Shown here: positions 19,053 through 28,280 of the stretch, piece by piece
Position numbering within the stretch: position 1 is the stretch's first letter
Layout of the letters: every line of letters begins with the position of its first letter
Assembly (NCBI GenBank): GCA_964583795.1
Contig: CAZOWX010000001.1
Location: forward strand, 30,569-94,568
Origin: an uncultured Pseudomonadales bacterium
GTDB lineage: Bacteria > Patescibacteriota > Microgenomatia > UBA1400 > PJMF01
DNA length: 64,000 nt
Direction: 5' to 3'
Translations under genes and position numbers: made by a program
The notes under the pieces: model-generated
The model's database searches: none
What the model saw: the letters and a program-made list of their open reading frames with translations, nothing else
What the model was told of the DNA's origin: nothing

Positions 19053-20597
19053 CTATTCAAATCCCCAGCTGTAAAGTGTCCCGGGCCAGATTGAGTAGGG
19101 ATTATCATCAAGAGGATAATGGTCAAGGTGTATTTCTTTGCGTAAATATTGTTGAGCAAACTCTACGACGTCTGCGGGTAACGAGCTGTCATCAATCCAA
19201 ACAAAACCGTGTTGATACTGATTCATCACTTTTTGAAAATCATCAAGTGACCCTACAAATCGAATCGCTGGGCTTGAAAAATTAGGAAGTACTTTTTCAC
19301 TATTGAGCAAAGAGACTGCAGTTGTTTTTGCCAAACCATTTACCGTCCCTTGCTCATTTTCCCAATGAAAATAAAACATGTTTGGATTTTCATATCCCAA
19401 GTACCATCTGGCTCGATCTGGCCAGGTATCTACAATTGCGACTGGCTGCGAACTGCTCATAACTTTTTGTTTTATGATTGAGTACACCAGATCATAATCA
19501 AGCAAAGCAATTTCCCGCATATCGTGATTCACAGAATAGTACGCTTTGGGTTTGATAACAAAAGTATCACCATTAGCAATAATAAATAGCGCGAGTAACA
19601 AAACAAACCCTGTTGCCTTTTTAGCCGCAATGCTGTGACTTACTGTTGCGAGCGCGAAACTTGCCAATATCAATATGAGTGGGTAGATCGGTAAAATGTA
19701 CCGAGAAACGTATGGACCAAACACAAAACTGACGAATACTAAGAAAAGTCCTGCTGGAACAACTAGTAAAAATGTACCTTTTTTGTAATGAAAAAAGTTC
19801 ATCAAGACACCGAGTCCCGCCAAAAAGCTCATCAAAGTATGTTCTCGCCATAAAAAGCTGTGATAGTACCACAAATTATTTGGGTGATTTCTCAAAGCAA
19901 CTAACAAATTTGCGATAACTGTCCCACCACTACCATTAAACAGCATTAAACCACCGAATATTCCCAAAACAGCAGCCCCATAGTGCCAATATCTTCGAAA
20001 AGTATTTAAAGAAAATAAATGCCAATGAAAACCTAAATAAACGGCATGGAATATCATTCCGATCACAACAATCCAAAAGGTTGTATGGGTTACAATCCCA
20101 AGAATAATCAATGCTGTCAAATACAATAATTTTTTAACTTCAAAATGTTTCACTAAACGGTGATATGTCCACAAGCTCAGCAATATAAGTAACTGAAGCA
20201 GCATGTAACTTCTCGCTTGTCTGGACCAGGCGATTTGAAAATAGGAAAAGGTCGCGAAAAGGCTTGCAGCAAGAGCAGTTTCACGATCATATAATGATCG
20301 GGCTAACAAAAAAACTGCAACAGGGATAGCAGATCCAATCAATACTGAAGGTAAACGTGCCGCTCGTTCTGTTTGACCAAAAAGTTGAAAAAATAATGAT
20401 ACAAGCGCGTGTTGTGTCACATTGTGATGTTCAAATAACTCATCGTGTTGGGTAAACACAGACAAGCCAAATCGCTGGAATAATAACGCATTACGTGCTG
20501 TCGAAAATTCGTCAACCCAAAATGGAGTTTGCAGATTTGGAAGACGATAGAGCAGAGCAATCGCGAAAATCGCAATGAATAAGATTTTTTTAATCAT
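19053..20597 (-). CDS. GT-C membrane glycosyltransferase, PMT_2/ArnT-like
   Basis: Polytopic. The loop-1 motif is WVDEFSTARNAL, followed by RLPSVLIGSAIPVAVF, as in the plus-strand paralogs. Confidence 0.7.
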   Translation of the reverse strand: MIKKILFIAIFAIALLYRLPNLQTPFWVDEFSTARNALLFQRFGLSVFTQHDELFEHHNVTQHALVSLFFQLFGQTERAARLPSVLIGSAIPVAVFLLARSLYDRETALAASLFATFSYFQIAWSRQARSYMLLQLLILLSLWTYHRLVKHFEVKKLLYLTALIILGIVTHTTFWIVVIGMIFHAVYLGFHWHLFSLNTFRRYWHYGAAVLGIFGGLMLFNGSGGTVIANLLVALRNHPNNLWYYHSFLWREHTLMSFLAGLGVLMNFFHYKKGTFLLVVPAGLFLVFVSFVFGPYVSRYILPIYPLILILASFALATVSHSIAAKKATGFVLLLALFIIANGDTFVIKPKAYYSVNHDMREIALLDYDLVYSIIKQKVMSSSQPVAIVDTWPDRARWYLGYENPNMFYFHWENEQGTVNGLAKTTAVSLLNSEKVLPNFSSPAIRFVGSLDDFQKVMNQYQHGFVWIDDSSLPADVVEFAQQYLRKEIHLDHYPLDDNPYSIWPGTLYSWGFE

Positions 20598-21880
20598 GTG
20601 ACAGACCTCTTTGAAATAATAAATCTTCGTATGACTTCGCCCACGTACACCAAGGCAAGCAACGAGTTGACAACAATGTTTATGACTAAAACATCACGAA
20701 GTGAGTGATGAACAGCAAAAATGGTAATGACCTGAACAATGACAGCGAGAATACCCAAAATAGCAAATCGGCTTTTTTGTGCCACAAAGTATTGAGAGTA
20801 CAGATACATCAGCGAGTACATCGTCCCAAATAAGGCTGCTAACCAAACCAAATCTTGCACTTGTAAAAAACGTGACTTTGCAAATACCACTTGAATGACA
20901 AAGCTAGGAAACAATGAATAAAAAAACGTCATACCAAAACCAACAACGATAATCCCAACGGTCAGTAACAACAATATTGGTAAGGATTGGTGCTTGGTAT
21001 CACTCCCTGTAAAAAAAGTATAACCAACCGTTGATAAGGGAGAAACAGCAAAAAAAATAATCTTTCCTAGCAGTGATAATGATGCATACAACCCTACCAA
21101 ATCTCCGTCAAAAAATTTCTTGACCAAAATCACATCAACATTTGAGAGTCCCACTATGCCTAAGGTCGTAAAAAGCGGAATTAAAATTGATTTTCGCCGT
21201 AAGTACTTTCTTAATTGAGCAAATTGGAGATTTTTTACTTGGTATGATGTTTTCTTCCGAATCATTTTTCTACCAATAAAATAGCTCAACACATAACTGA
21301 GAATAAACCCAACAAATAACCAGAACAGCTCAGGACGAATGACAACGACCAACACAAACAACGCCAACTTAATAAATGCACTCACAATTGAAAATATTCC
21401 GACTGACCAAAAAGTCTTGTATGACTGCAACACTGAAGAATAAAAGCTGGTGAATATTCCGATAATTGAGCTGGCAATCACAAATGCCACCGCCATAATA
21501 CTCATATTCCCTTTGAAGTACATTAACACAGCGACAACTGAAACTAACAATAGTAATGCCGGTGCAAACGTCCATAACTCTGTTTCAAGCCAGCGCTCAA
21601 TTGACAAAGCGATGCTTGGTCTTCTCTCAGATGACTCTCTGCCAATACGCGCAACGACAATCAAACCAAATGCAGTCAGAGGAACACTGAAAAAAATCAG
21701 ATATGATAACGCGGTAGTGTACTCACCATACTCTGTTAATGTCAGGTAGCGAGCAACAAGCAAGTTATCCACATACGCAATCACACTGACTAACAAATTC
21801 GCTGCTGTAAAGATAAAACTTGAACGCAAAAATGAATTATTCAACAAGCGTTTCATCATAGCAAAGTAGTCCAAAGGCAA
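20594..21880 (-). CDS. Wzx-like flippase / polysaccharide biosynthesis membrane protein
   Basis: About 12 TM segments. LLVARYLTLTEYGEYTTALSYL is typical of the MOP flippase N-terminus. It has a 4-nt overlap with the downstream GT-C gene. Confidence 0.6.
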   Translation of the reverse strand: MPLDYFAMMKRLLNNSFLRSSFIFTAANLLVSVIAYVDNLLVARYLTLTEYGEYTTALSYLIFFSVPLTAFGLIVVARIGRESSERRPSIALSIERWLETELWTFAPALLLLVSVVAVLMYFKGNMSIMAVAFVIASSIIGIFTSFYSSVLQSYKTFWSVGIFSIVSAFIKLALFVLVVVIRPELFWLFVGFILSYVLSYFIGRKMIRKKTSYQVKNLQFAQLRKYLRRKSILIPLFTTLGIVGLSNVDVILVKKFFDGDLVGLYASLSLLGKIIFFAVSPLSTVGYTFFTGSDTKHQSLPILLLLTVGIIVVGFGMTFFYSLFPSFVIQVVFAKSRFLQVQDLVWLAALFGTMYSLMYLYSQYFVAQKSRFAILGILAVIVQVITIFAVHHSLRDVLVINIVVNSLLALVYVGEVIRRFIISKRSVT

Positions 21881-21883
21881 CGA

Positions 21884-23470
21884 TCAAGCCGCCGAGGCTG
21901 GTTTTACTTGTTTCGGGGAAAAGTCTTTGAGGTGACCTAAGAAACGCCACCCAGCCATAGCCAAAAACTTCACATCATCAAACGATCGGATGCTAGTAAT
22001 TTTTCTGAGCATAAACCGTGGTGTTAAAAATGACGAGTATAGTTTTTGGGTAAGCCGTAAGACGTCTTCTTGCGTCAGTGACGTTTTCATCACCGGCTTT
22101 CGCATGTCATAGTCCTCATAATCCTCACTCAATAACCACCCGTTCTCTTTGCATTCCTTCCAAAGTGGGGTACCTGGATAAGGGATAGTGATAGTCGCTT
22201 GAAGTGTATCAACATAGCCTTCGTCAAAGCACTCTTTAGCGAGATTAATCGTTCGCTCTGCGTCCTCATATGTTTCCCAGGGATATCCCAGCATTATCGT
22301 TAAATGCGGCTCTAATCCAGCTTTCTTGGCCATTTTCACACCTTCTTTAATTTTGGGAACTTGCATACCTTTCTCGAGCCGATCGAGCGTTTTTTGATTA
22401 CCTGACTCCATGCCATAGAGAATGAATCGAAAATTCGCTTTTCCCATTAGGTCATAATCATCTTGCTTTATGGCATTAAGCCGCATATTACAGCCATAGA
22501 TCACTTTTTTGTTGTATCCCGAGTCAATCATCATCTGGCAAAAATCACGAAGCGGCTTGCCAATCATGAATGTACCCGCATCATCAAAAATTTCTTTGAC
22601 GTGATAGTTATCAACTAAGTGCTTGACTTCAGCGAATAGTCGCTCAGGACTAAATCGACGATAACTCCCCAAGGGGTTGATTGTATGATCCCAAACACAA
22701 AAGGTACAACGATTCCACCAACAATCGCGCCCACTGTACATGTAGGTACCAGGATAATACTTATAATTTCCGTTGTAGTACGCGTAGTTTTCCCAATGTG
22801 TCAGGTCGCGATCGACGAATGGTAAATCATTCAAGTTGTGCTTTAAACTTGCAGGACCAGAGTTGTAATATATTTTGCCATTTACCCCTTTAACCTTATG
22901 AAATTTCTTACATGAAATGGACTTATCTGACGAACGCCACCACACTCCCGTTTCAAGCTCTGTTCCCTTGCTCAAGTGGTCAAGTAAGTTCACAATCACA
23001 AAATCATAATCACCACCGGTAATCAAGTAATCTACACTGCAATTGTCCATCGTCTCCTGAGGCATGAAGGTCACGTGATCACCAACTAAGACTACTTTAA
23101 GTTTTGGCATCGCTTTTTTTATTTTGTCGACAACTTTCCAATGTTTTTTAATCACTGGTGATTTTGACTCAATCATCAGTACATCTGGATTGAATTCCTT
23201 AAGTTCTGTGAGCCATTGATCATACGTTTGCTCAGCAGCAATACCGTCCATCCACTTAGTTTCATAACCATGCTCTTGTGCATTCGACGCTGCATACGCT
23301 GGAACCATCGGGTAAATATAGGTCTTTGCGTTAAAATACTGAAATTGTCGGTTTTGAGAAAGAAGCGGAACCCCTTTACTTGACGGAATTGGAGGATAAC
23401 CAAAAACAAACTTCAACTTTTTTATTGATTTTTGTTTCATCACTTTTTTTGTGGTTTTTTTCGCTGGCAT
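21884..23470 (-). CDS. Cobalamin(B12)-binding-domain radical SAM protein (class B rSAM, probable methyltransferase)
   Basis: The N-terminal Rossmann-like B12-type domain is KVVLVGDHVTF…ITGGDYDF. The radical SAM cysteine cluster is RDCWWNRCTFC. The class-B motif GMESGNQKTLDRLEKG is present. Confidence 0.65.
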   Translation of the reverse strand: MPAKKTTKKVMKQKSIKKLKFVFGYPPIPSSKGVPLLSQNRQFQYFNAKTYIYPMVPAYAASNAQEHGYETKWMDGIAAEQTYDQWLTELKEFNPDVLMIESKSPVIKKHWKVVDKIKKAMPKLKVVLVGDHVTFMPQETMDNCSVDYLITGGDYDFVIVNLLDHLSKGTELETGVWWRSSDKSISCKKFHKVKGVNGKIYYNSGPASLKHNLNDLPFVDRDLTHWENYAYYNGNYKYYPGTYMYSGRDCWWNRCTFCVWDHTINPLGSYRRFSPERLFAEVKHLVDNYHVKEIFDDAGTFMIGKPLRDFCQMMIDSGYNKKVIYGCNMRLNAIKQDDYDLMGKANFRFILYGMESGNQKTLDRLEKGMQVPKIKEGVKMAKKAGLEPHLTIMLGYPWETYEDAERTINLAKECFDEGYVDTLQATITIPYPGTPLWKECKENGWLLSEDYEDYDMRKPVMKTSLTQEDVLRLTQKLYSSFLTPRFMLRKITSIRSFDDVKFLAMAGWRFLGHLKDFSPKQVKPASAA

Positions 23471-23478
23471 ATGAGTCC

Positions 23479-24456
23479 TTATTGAGCTAAATGATTAGTA
23501 AACAAATACCCTTGAACAAATCGTAATCCGTACCAAAGATGTGTTACAAAAACCGATGCGATCGAAATAATCGCTTGTAATAAACTCTTCGATGATAAGC
23601 CAATCCATACTGCATTCGCAAGTAGGGCTATAGCATAGAACAACAATGGAAGTACTATCAACAAGCTCAACGACGGAAATAGCGCTAGAGAAGTAAGCAG
23701 TGTGGCGACATTCAACACCATCAATGTTGGTAGAAAATAAATAAGCTTTGCTGATGTTTTTGGTAAGACTCTCGCAAAAAACCCTCGGTGTATCCCAAAA
23801 TTGCCATTTTGTTTTAGATGTGCTCGCCACAATGGCCTGCGATGATGGTACACAATAGCCTTTGGCTCATACAAAATCTTCTTTCCCCTATGAATCAAAT
23901 CTAAACACAGTTTAGTATCTTCTCCTGGATAGTAATGCGAGTCGAAACCGCCAATGGCACTAAATTCTGAAGCTCTTACAAGTAGGTTCATGGAGGGATA
24001 ATCCTCTACGTACTGCTGCTTTCCTGGCAGAAATCGATAGGTATATGGTCCAGCACCAATGGGTGAAGCACTAACCCAACCACTAGCTGCTTCAGTCCAA
24101 TCAACTTTAGGGGGAGTAATGCCTGGACCCCCAACTGCTGCAATTTGCATATTGGTAAAGTGTGCTACAGCGCTTGTGAGCCAATCAGAACTTGGGTACG
24201 CATCATCATCGATAAAGGCAAATATCTGGCCGTGCGCATACTTGATAGCCAAATCTCTTTTTTGTGCCGGTCCAATTGGCCCTGTTTGAATATATTGAAC
24301 CCGATTCATTTTGGGCATACCGTTTTTTTGGTCGCAAAAAACAAACACTTCAGTTGTTGGATAGGTCAATTTTCCTATTTGCGAAAGGCACTCTTTGAGA
24401 TAGGAATTAACTGATCGCACTGGAATGATGATAGAAACGAGAGGTGTCTGGTGCAT
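23479..24456 (-). CDS. Glycosyltransferase family 2 with C-terminal membrane anchor
   Basis: Motifs are VSIIIPVRSVNSYLKECL…AFIDDDAYP…GEDTKL. Two C-terminal hydrophobic helices follow. Confidence 0.75.
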   Translation of the reverse strand: MHQTPLVSIIIPVRSVNSYLKECLSQIGKLTYPTTEVFVFCDQKNGMPKMNRVQYIQTGPIGPAQKRDLAIKYAHGQIFAFIDDDAYPSSDWLTSAVAHFTNMQIAAVGGPGITPPKVDWTEAASGWVSASPIGAGPYTYRFLPGKQQYVEDYPSMNLLVRASEFSAIGGFDSHYYPGEDTKLCLDLIHRGKKILYEPKAIVYHHRRPLWRAHLKQNGNFGIHRGFFARVLPKTSAKLIYFLPTLMVLNVATLLTSLALFPSLSLLIVLPLLFYAIALLANAVWIGLSSKSLLQAIISIASVFVTHLWYGLRFVQGYLFTNHLAQ

Positions 24457-24471
24457 AAAAACAGTTCAAAC

Positions 24472-25296
24472 TTAAATCAAGGGAATAATTTTTCTCTTCA
24501 CTTTTTCAGGCGGATGAAACCGGGAGTGCGGTAACTCGTAGTACTTCATTATTTTAAAGCGATAAAAAATCCCTAAAGTGTCGTAAAAAATCTTCCAAAT
24601 ACTTTTCCAGTCTGCAGCAGAACTGATGTTCGAAAAAGTATAATCTAACTTAATAGGAGCTTCGTAAATCCGATGAAATCCCAAAGACTTTGCTACAACC
24701 AACATCTCTAAATCACCAGCAAAACGTTTTTCAACCAAACGAGGCAAGGTTTTTTCCAACACCTTACGTTTAAAAACCTTAATCCCAGCTTGTGTATCTT
24801 TCACTTTGACCCCAAATAGGGTTTTCACAAAGTAGTAATACCCAATACTCAAGATTTTTCGCTGCAATGTATAATTTACCTGAGAAGCAGGGTGACGTTT
24901 TGACCCGACAATGACATCGGCGTTATACCACTTCATGTGTTCTAACAACATGCTAATCCCATCCGCCCCGATTTCCATACCAGAATCTAAAAACATCACG
25001 TGTTCTCCCAAAGCTTGACTCATCCCAAAACGAATGGCATACGATTTCCCTTTATTTTCCGCATACTCATACACACTCGCTTGCGATAATCGCCCATACT
25101 TCCCTCTAATGCTCGCATTACTCAACACACGAAAAGAGTTGTCATACTCTCCATCAACAACCACAATCACCTCATAGGAGTAACGAGTTCTTCCCAAGGT
25201 TTCAACTATTTGCTTCAAATTGTCAACAATAAATTTTTCTTGTTTATAGCAGGGGATAATTAAACTTAAAAATGGGGTTTGCTTCATGCTCAACAA
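24472..25296 (-). CDS. Glycosyltransferase family 2 (polyprenyl-phosphate glycosyltransferase / DPM1-GtrB-like)
   Basis: Motifs are LSLIIPCYKQEKFI…VIVVVDGEYDNS…FLDSGME. The size and layout resemble Dpm1/GtrB-type enzymes that load a lipid carrier. Confidence 0.65.
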   Translation of the reverse strand: MLSMKQTPFLSLIIPCYKQEKFIVDNLKQIVETLGRTRYSYEVIVVVDGEYDNSFRVLSNASIRGKYGRLSQASVYEYAENKGKSYAIRFGMSQALGEHVMFLDSGMEIGADGISMLLEHMKWYNADVIVGSKRHPASQVNYTLQRKILSIGYYYFVKTLFGVKVKDTQAGIKVFKRKVLEKTLPRLVEKRFAGDLEMLVVAKSLGFHRIYEAPIKLDYTFSNISSAADWKSIWKIFYDTLGIFYRFKIMKYYELPHSRFHPPEKVKRKIIPLI

Positions 25297-25306
25297 ATGT
25301 TGGTAA

Positions 25307-25753
25307 TCATTTAATACCAGATAAAATATTTTCTACCCACGCCTCCACCGATTGCATAATCACATCATCTGGAAATCCATCAATTTTTAGTGAGTCTCCC
25401 ACGATTTGTGCTTTTTTTGCAGTCAAGTCGTTATTCATCAATGAAACAACATTACAAAACACAGGATAAAAACTCTCTCCCAATCCATACACAGCACATT
25501 TCACGTTGCTCAGATCAGTTGATGAAGCTTTGAGTTGATCAAAAAAGGCCTGCGAAAAGTCATTGTACTCACCATCCCCCCAAGTTGAGGATCCAATGAA
25601 AACCAGTTCATACTGCGTTAATTGATCTACTTTGAGTTCAGACATATCAACCAAACTAACCTGATGACCTTTTTGTTTCAATAGTTCTTCAATTTTTTGA
25701 GCAACCATCATGGTGTTACCACCAATCGATGCATAGGTAACAAGTGTTTTCAT
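25307..25753 (-). CDS. Flavodoxin (short-chain)
   Basis: MKTLVTYASIGGNTMMVAQ carries the flavodoxin T/SxTGxT phosphate-binding signature. FIGSSTWGDGEY is the FMN-binding loop. Length is 148 aa. Confidence 0.75.
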   Translation of the reverse strand: MKTLVTYASIGGNTMMVAQKIEELLKQKGHQVSLVDMSELKVDQLTQYELVFIGSSTWGDGEYNDFSQAFFDQLKASSTDLSNVKCAVYGLGESFYPVFCNVVSLMNNDLTAKKAQIVGDSLKIDGFPDDVIMQSVEAWVENILSGIK

Positions 25754-25859
25754 ATCAAGCTATAAGTAATTATTAACTCACGTAATCGTACTTTAACTTA
25801 ACAGTATTTTTCTCAGATGAAAAGGTGCTAAATGCACTCAAATCGCTATCACTCGCGAC

Positions 25860-26846
25860 CTATTTTACTATAGCGCGAAAGTACTCTATAGTTTTTCGCA
25901 ATCCTTCTTCAAAATCAACTTTTGGCTCCCATTGCAACAACTCTTTTGCCTGCTGAATAACTGGTTGTCGGCGAGTGGGATCATCCGCTGGAAGAGGCAG
26001 GTACTCGACCTGAAGGGAATGTCCCACAACTCGCTCAAACATCTTTACTGTTTGCATGATAGTAAACTCTCCAGGATTCCCCAAGTTTACCGTTTTCCCA
26101 TTCCCAAGTGGGTGCAGTAGCAACGCTAAGATTCCGGACACTAAATCATCGACATAACAGTACGACCGTGTTTGTGACCCATCACCAAACACTGTTAGGG
26201 GAGTATCATGAAGTAACGATTGAACAAAACTGGGAATAATTCTTCCATCACTCAGGTCCATACGTGGACCATACGTATTAAAAATACGAACAATTCTCAC
26301 GTCTTGCTGAAAATCTCGCTGAAACACCCCGCAAATTGTTTCTCCCATCCGTTTTGCTTCGTCATAACACGAACGCTTCCCATTTGGGTTGACGTTTCCC
26401 CAATATGATTCACTTTGGGGATGAACCTGCGGATCACCATACACTTCAGATGTTGACGCAAATAAAAAGGGAATGCGTTGCTGTTTTGCTTGAATAAATG
26501 AAAGTAACTGGTGTGTCCCCATTGCGTTCACTAAATACGTTTCAACGGGATGCTCTTGATAACGCGGAGGGCTTGCGGGCGAAGCAAAATGCAAAATGTA
26601 ATCGATGTGTTGATCCTTTGGGATGTATTTGTCTGGATAATCCGAGACATCAGCTTCAGTGAAGATAAAGTGATCAGCAAAACTGCGCGTTAAAATGTCT
26701 ATATTCTGTCGTTGACCGGTAATAAAATTATCAGCACCAACAACTTTCCCTCCTTCTTGCATAACCGCTTCAGCTAAATGAGACCCAACAAATCCAGCAA
26801 CTCCAGTTATTAAAACAGTTTTGTTGTTAAAACGTGAAGAACTCAT
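25860..26846 (-). CDS. UDP-glucuronate decarboxylase / UDP-xylose synthase-like SDR (dTDP-glucose 4,6-dehydratase family)
   Basis: KTVLITGVAGFVGSHLAEAVMQEGGKVVGADNFITGQRQN closely follows the UXS N-terminus. The catalytic Y in YDEAKRMGE is present. Confidence 0.75.
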   Translation of the reverse strand: MSSSRFNNKTVLITGVAGFVGSHLAEAVMQEGGKVVGADNFITGQRQNIDILTRSFADHFIFTEADVSDYPDKYIPKDQHIDYILHFASPASPPRYQEHPVETYLVNAMGTHQLLSFIQAKQQRIPFLFASTSEVYGDPQVHPQSESYWGNVNPNGKRSCYDEAKRMGETICGVFQRDFQQDVRIVRIFNTYGPRMDLSDGRIIPSFVQSLLHDTPLTVFGDGSQTRSYCYVDDLVSGILALLLHPLGNGKTVNLGNPGEFTIMQTVKMFERVVGHSLQVEYLPLPADDPTRRQPVIQQAKELLQWEPKVDFEEGLRKTIEYFRAIVK

Positions 26847-26858
26847 TGATTGATTGTA

Positions 26859-27704
26859 TCATTGTGTCGGTTGAGTCGCCACCAAAGTTTGTGGCTTTGG
26901 CTTTAACAACGTTTTCCTATTTCGATACGTGTTGAACAAAAGATTCAAAAACAATAAAGGCATTAAATAGGGCTCTGTGAGGTGTAACCGCATAGCAAGT
27001 GGCACGAGAATTCCCAAAAAAGCTCCATAGACTATTTGTTCTTTTTGATTGACGGGTGAGGTCTTTGGTTCAACAACCATTACCAGTACAAAAAAGAGTA
27101 AGGTTCCCTCGAGTAGGATAAATGCAGGAGAACGATGAACTAATAGTACGTGGGAAAGTATAAATAATAGTAAGAATGTTCCAACAATAAACAACTTCCG
27201 ATATTTCCAAGCGACATAGAGTCCCACTGGAACAGTTAAAAACACGACAATACTCATTCCGCCACGTATAATCGGTATCCTTGGAGTGAAGCTTGCTCCC
27301 CACCAGACAGGTGAGAAATGAATCAAACTCACAATTGTTGCAGCAAGCGCTGCTGGATTAAAAATCGGGCCACTCGGTAAGCGAGCTACACGTTGCAAAA
27401 GTTCCACCAACACTCCAACACAAAAGTAAAAGTACCAAGGATAGTCAATGTAAAATAATAATGAAAGAATAAGGCAGGTAATCAACCGGTGTTCAAAACG
27501 GGTTTCTCTGGTGAATTTTCTCCATAACAACACACGATAGACAAAAAAAGCACCCAAACATATGCTCAGAAAATTTCTCACAACACTCAAAGCGTCGAAC
27601 AGAGAACTGGATGCAACGCTGAGTGTTGCCATCACAAACACAATTGTGAGATAGTAGAGTAATGTGCGTATAGGCAGGATGCGAATGGACATGGTATTAT
27701 TCAA
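26859..27704 (-). CDS. Polytopic membrane protein, function unknown (first gene of the long minus-strand glycan operon)
   Basis: About 8 hydrophobic segments. No motif recognised. Confidence 0.4.
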   Translation of the reverse strand: MNNTMSIRILPIRTLLYYLTIVFVMATLSVASSSLFDALSVVRNFLSICLGAFFVYRVLLWRKFTRETRFEHRLITCLILSLLFYIDYPWYFYFCVGVLVELLQRVARLPSGPIFNPAALAATIVSLIHFSPVWWGASFTPRIPIIRGGMSIVVFLTVPVGLYVAWKYRKLFIVGTFLLLFILSHVLLVHRSPAFILLEGTLLFFVLVMVVEPKTSPVNQKEQIVYGAFLGILVPLAMRLHLTEPYLMPLLFLNLLFNTYRNRKTLLKPKPQTLVATQPTQ

Positions 27705-27718
27705 ACTTGTCTATTTAA

Positions 27719-27753
27719 TTTGCATATTACAAATATACTAACATAATTTGGAG
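27719..27753 (+). promoter_or_regulatory. Sigma70-like promoter plus RBS for the FMN-binding lipoprotein gene (TTTGCA -35 / CATAAT -10 / GGAG)
   Basis: TTTGCA 27719–24, a ~17-nt spacer and CATAAT 27742–47. GGAG 27750–53 sits 5 nt before ATG 27759. The region is divergent from the minus-strand operon start. Confidence 0.45.
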
Positions 27754-27758
27754 ACAAT

Positions 27759-28205
27759 ATGCCCAAATCAACAGCTCTATTACTGAGCACAACAATTATG
27801 GCTAGTGTACTGTTAGCCGCATGTACACCCTCATCACCAGCAAGTGAAACTTCGCAGACTCAACCATCTGAACCAACTACCGCCCCTACAACTGAGAATA
27901 CCGGTGAGATGACGAAAGGCAAGCAAGTTTCAGTTGATGCTCCTTATGAGTCTCCTGCTGGCGAAGAAAGCATCGGAATTACACTGAGCGTTGACGAAAA
28001 TGGGGTGATAACGGATGCAAAGGCCGAAGTAAAAGCTACTGAAGAAAAATCAATTGTTCGTCAACAGGCATTTGCTGATGGGCTTCCAACAGCAGTAAAG
28101 GGCAAAAAATTATCTGAATTGACTAAAATTGACAAAGTGGGGGGATCTTCACTAACCACACAAGCATTCAATGAAGCACTTGTGAAATTAAAGGCTCAAT
28201 TATAA
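27759..28205 (+). CDS. Lipoprotein with C-terminal FMN-binding (FMN_bind/NqrC-RnfG-like) domain, predicted extracytoplasmic
   Basis: The signal peptide ends with the lipobox LLAAC. The C-terminal IDKVGGSSLTTQAFNEAL resembles the flavinylation motif D-x-x-SGAT-[TS] of ApbE substrates. Confidence 0.5.
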   Translation: MPKSTALLLSTTIMASVLLAACTPSSPASETSQTQPSEPTTAPTTENTGEMTKGKQVSVDAPYESPAGEESIGITLSVDENGVITDAKAEVKATEEKSIVRQQAFADGLPTAVKGKKLSELTKIDKVGGSSLTTQAFNEALVKLKAQL

Positions 28206-28229
28206 TTGAGTCTGATTAAAAAAGTTTCA

Positions 28230-28263
28230 ATACCTGCTTCGGCTCGAAGCAGGTATTGTTTTT
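28230..28263 (+). terminator. Rho-independent terminator (12-bp perfect stem ATACCTGCTTCG/CGAAGCAGGTAT, loop GCT, then TGTTTTT)
   Basis: Read directly from the sequence, 25 nt after the lipoprotein stop. Confidence 0.7.
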
Positions 28264-28280
28264 ACAATCAAATAAATTCT

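Noticed and set aside
28206-28280. Longer ApbE ORF starting at 28206.
   Set aside because: The extension would contain the 12-bp-stem terminator hairpin (28230–28263). It adds no signal peptide. The conserved FxxMGT start aligns better with ATG 28281.
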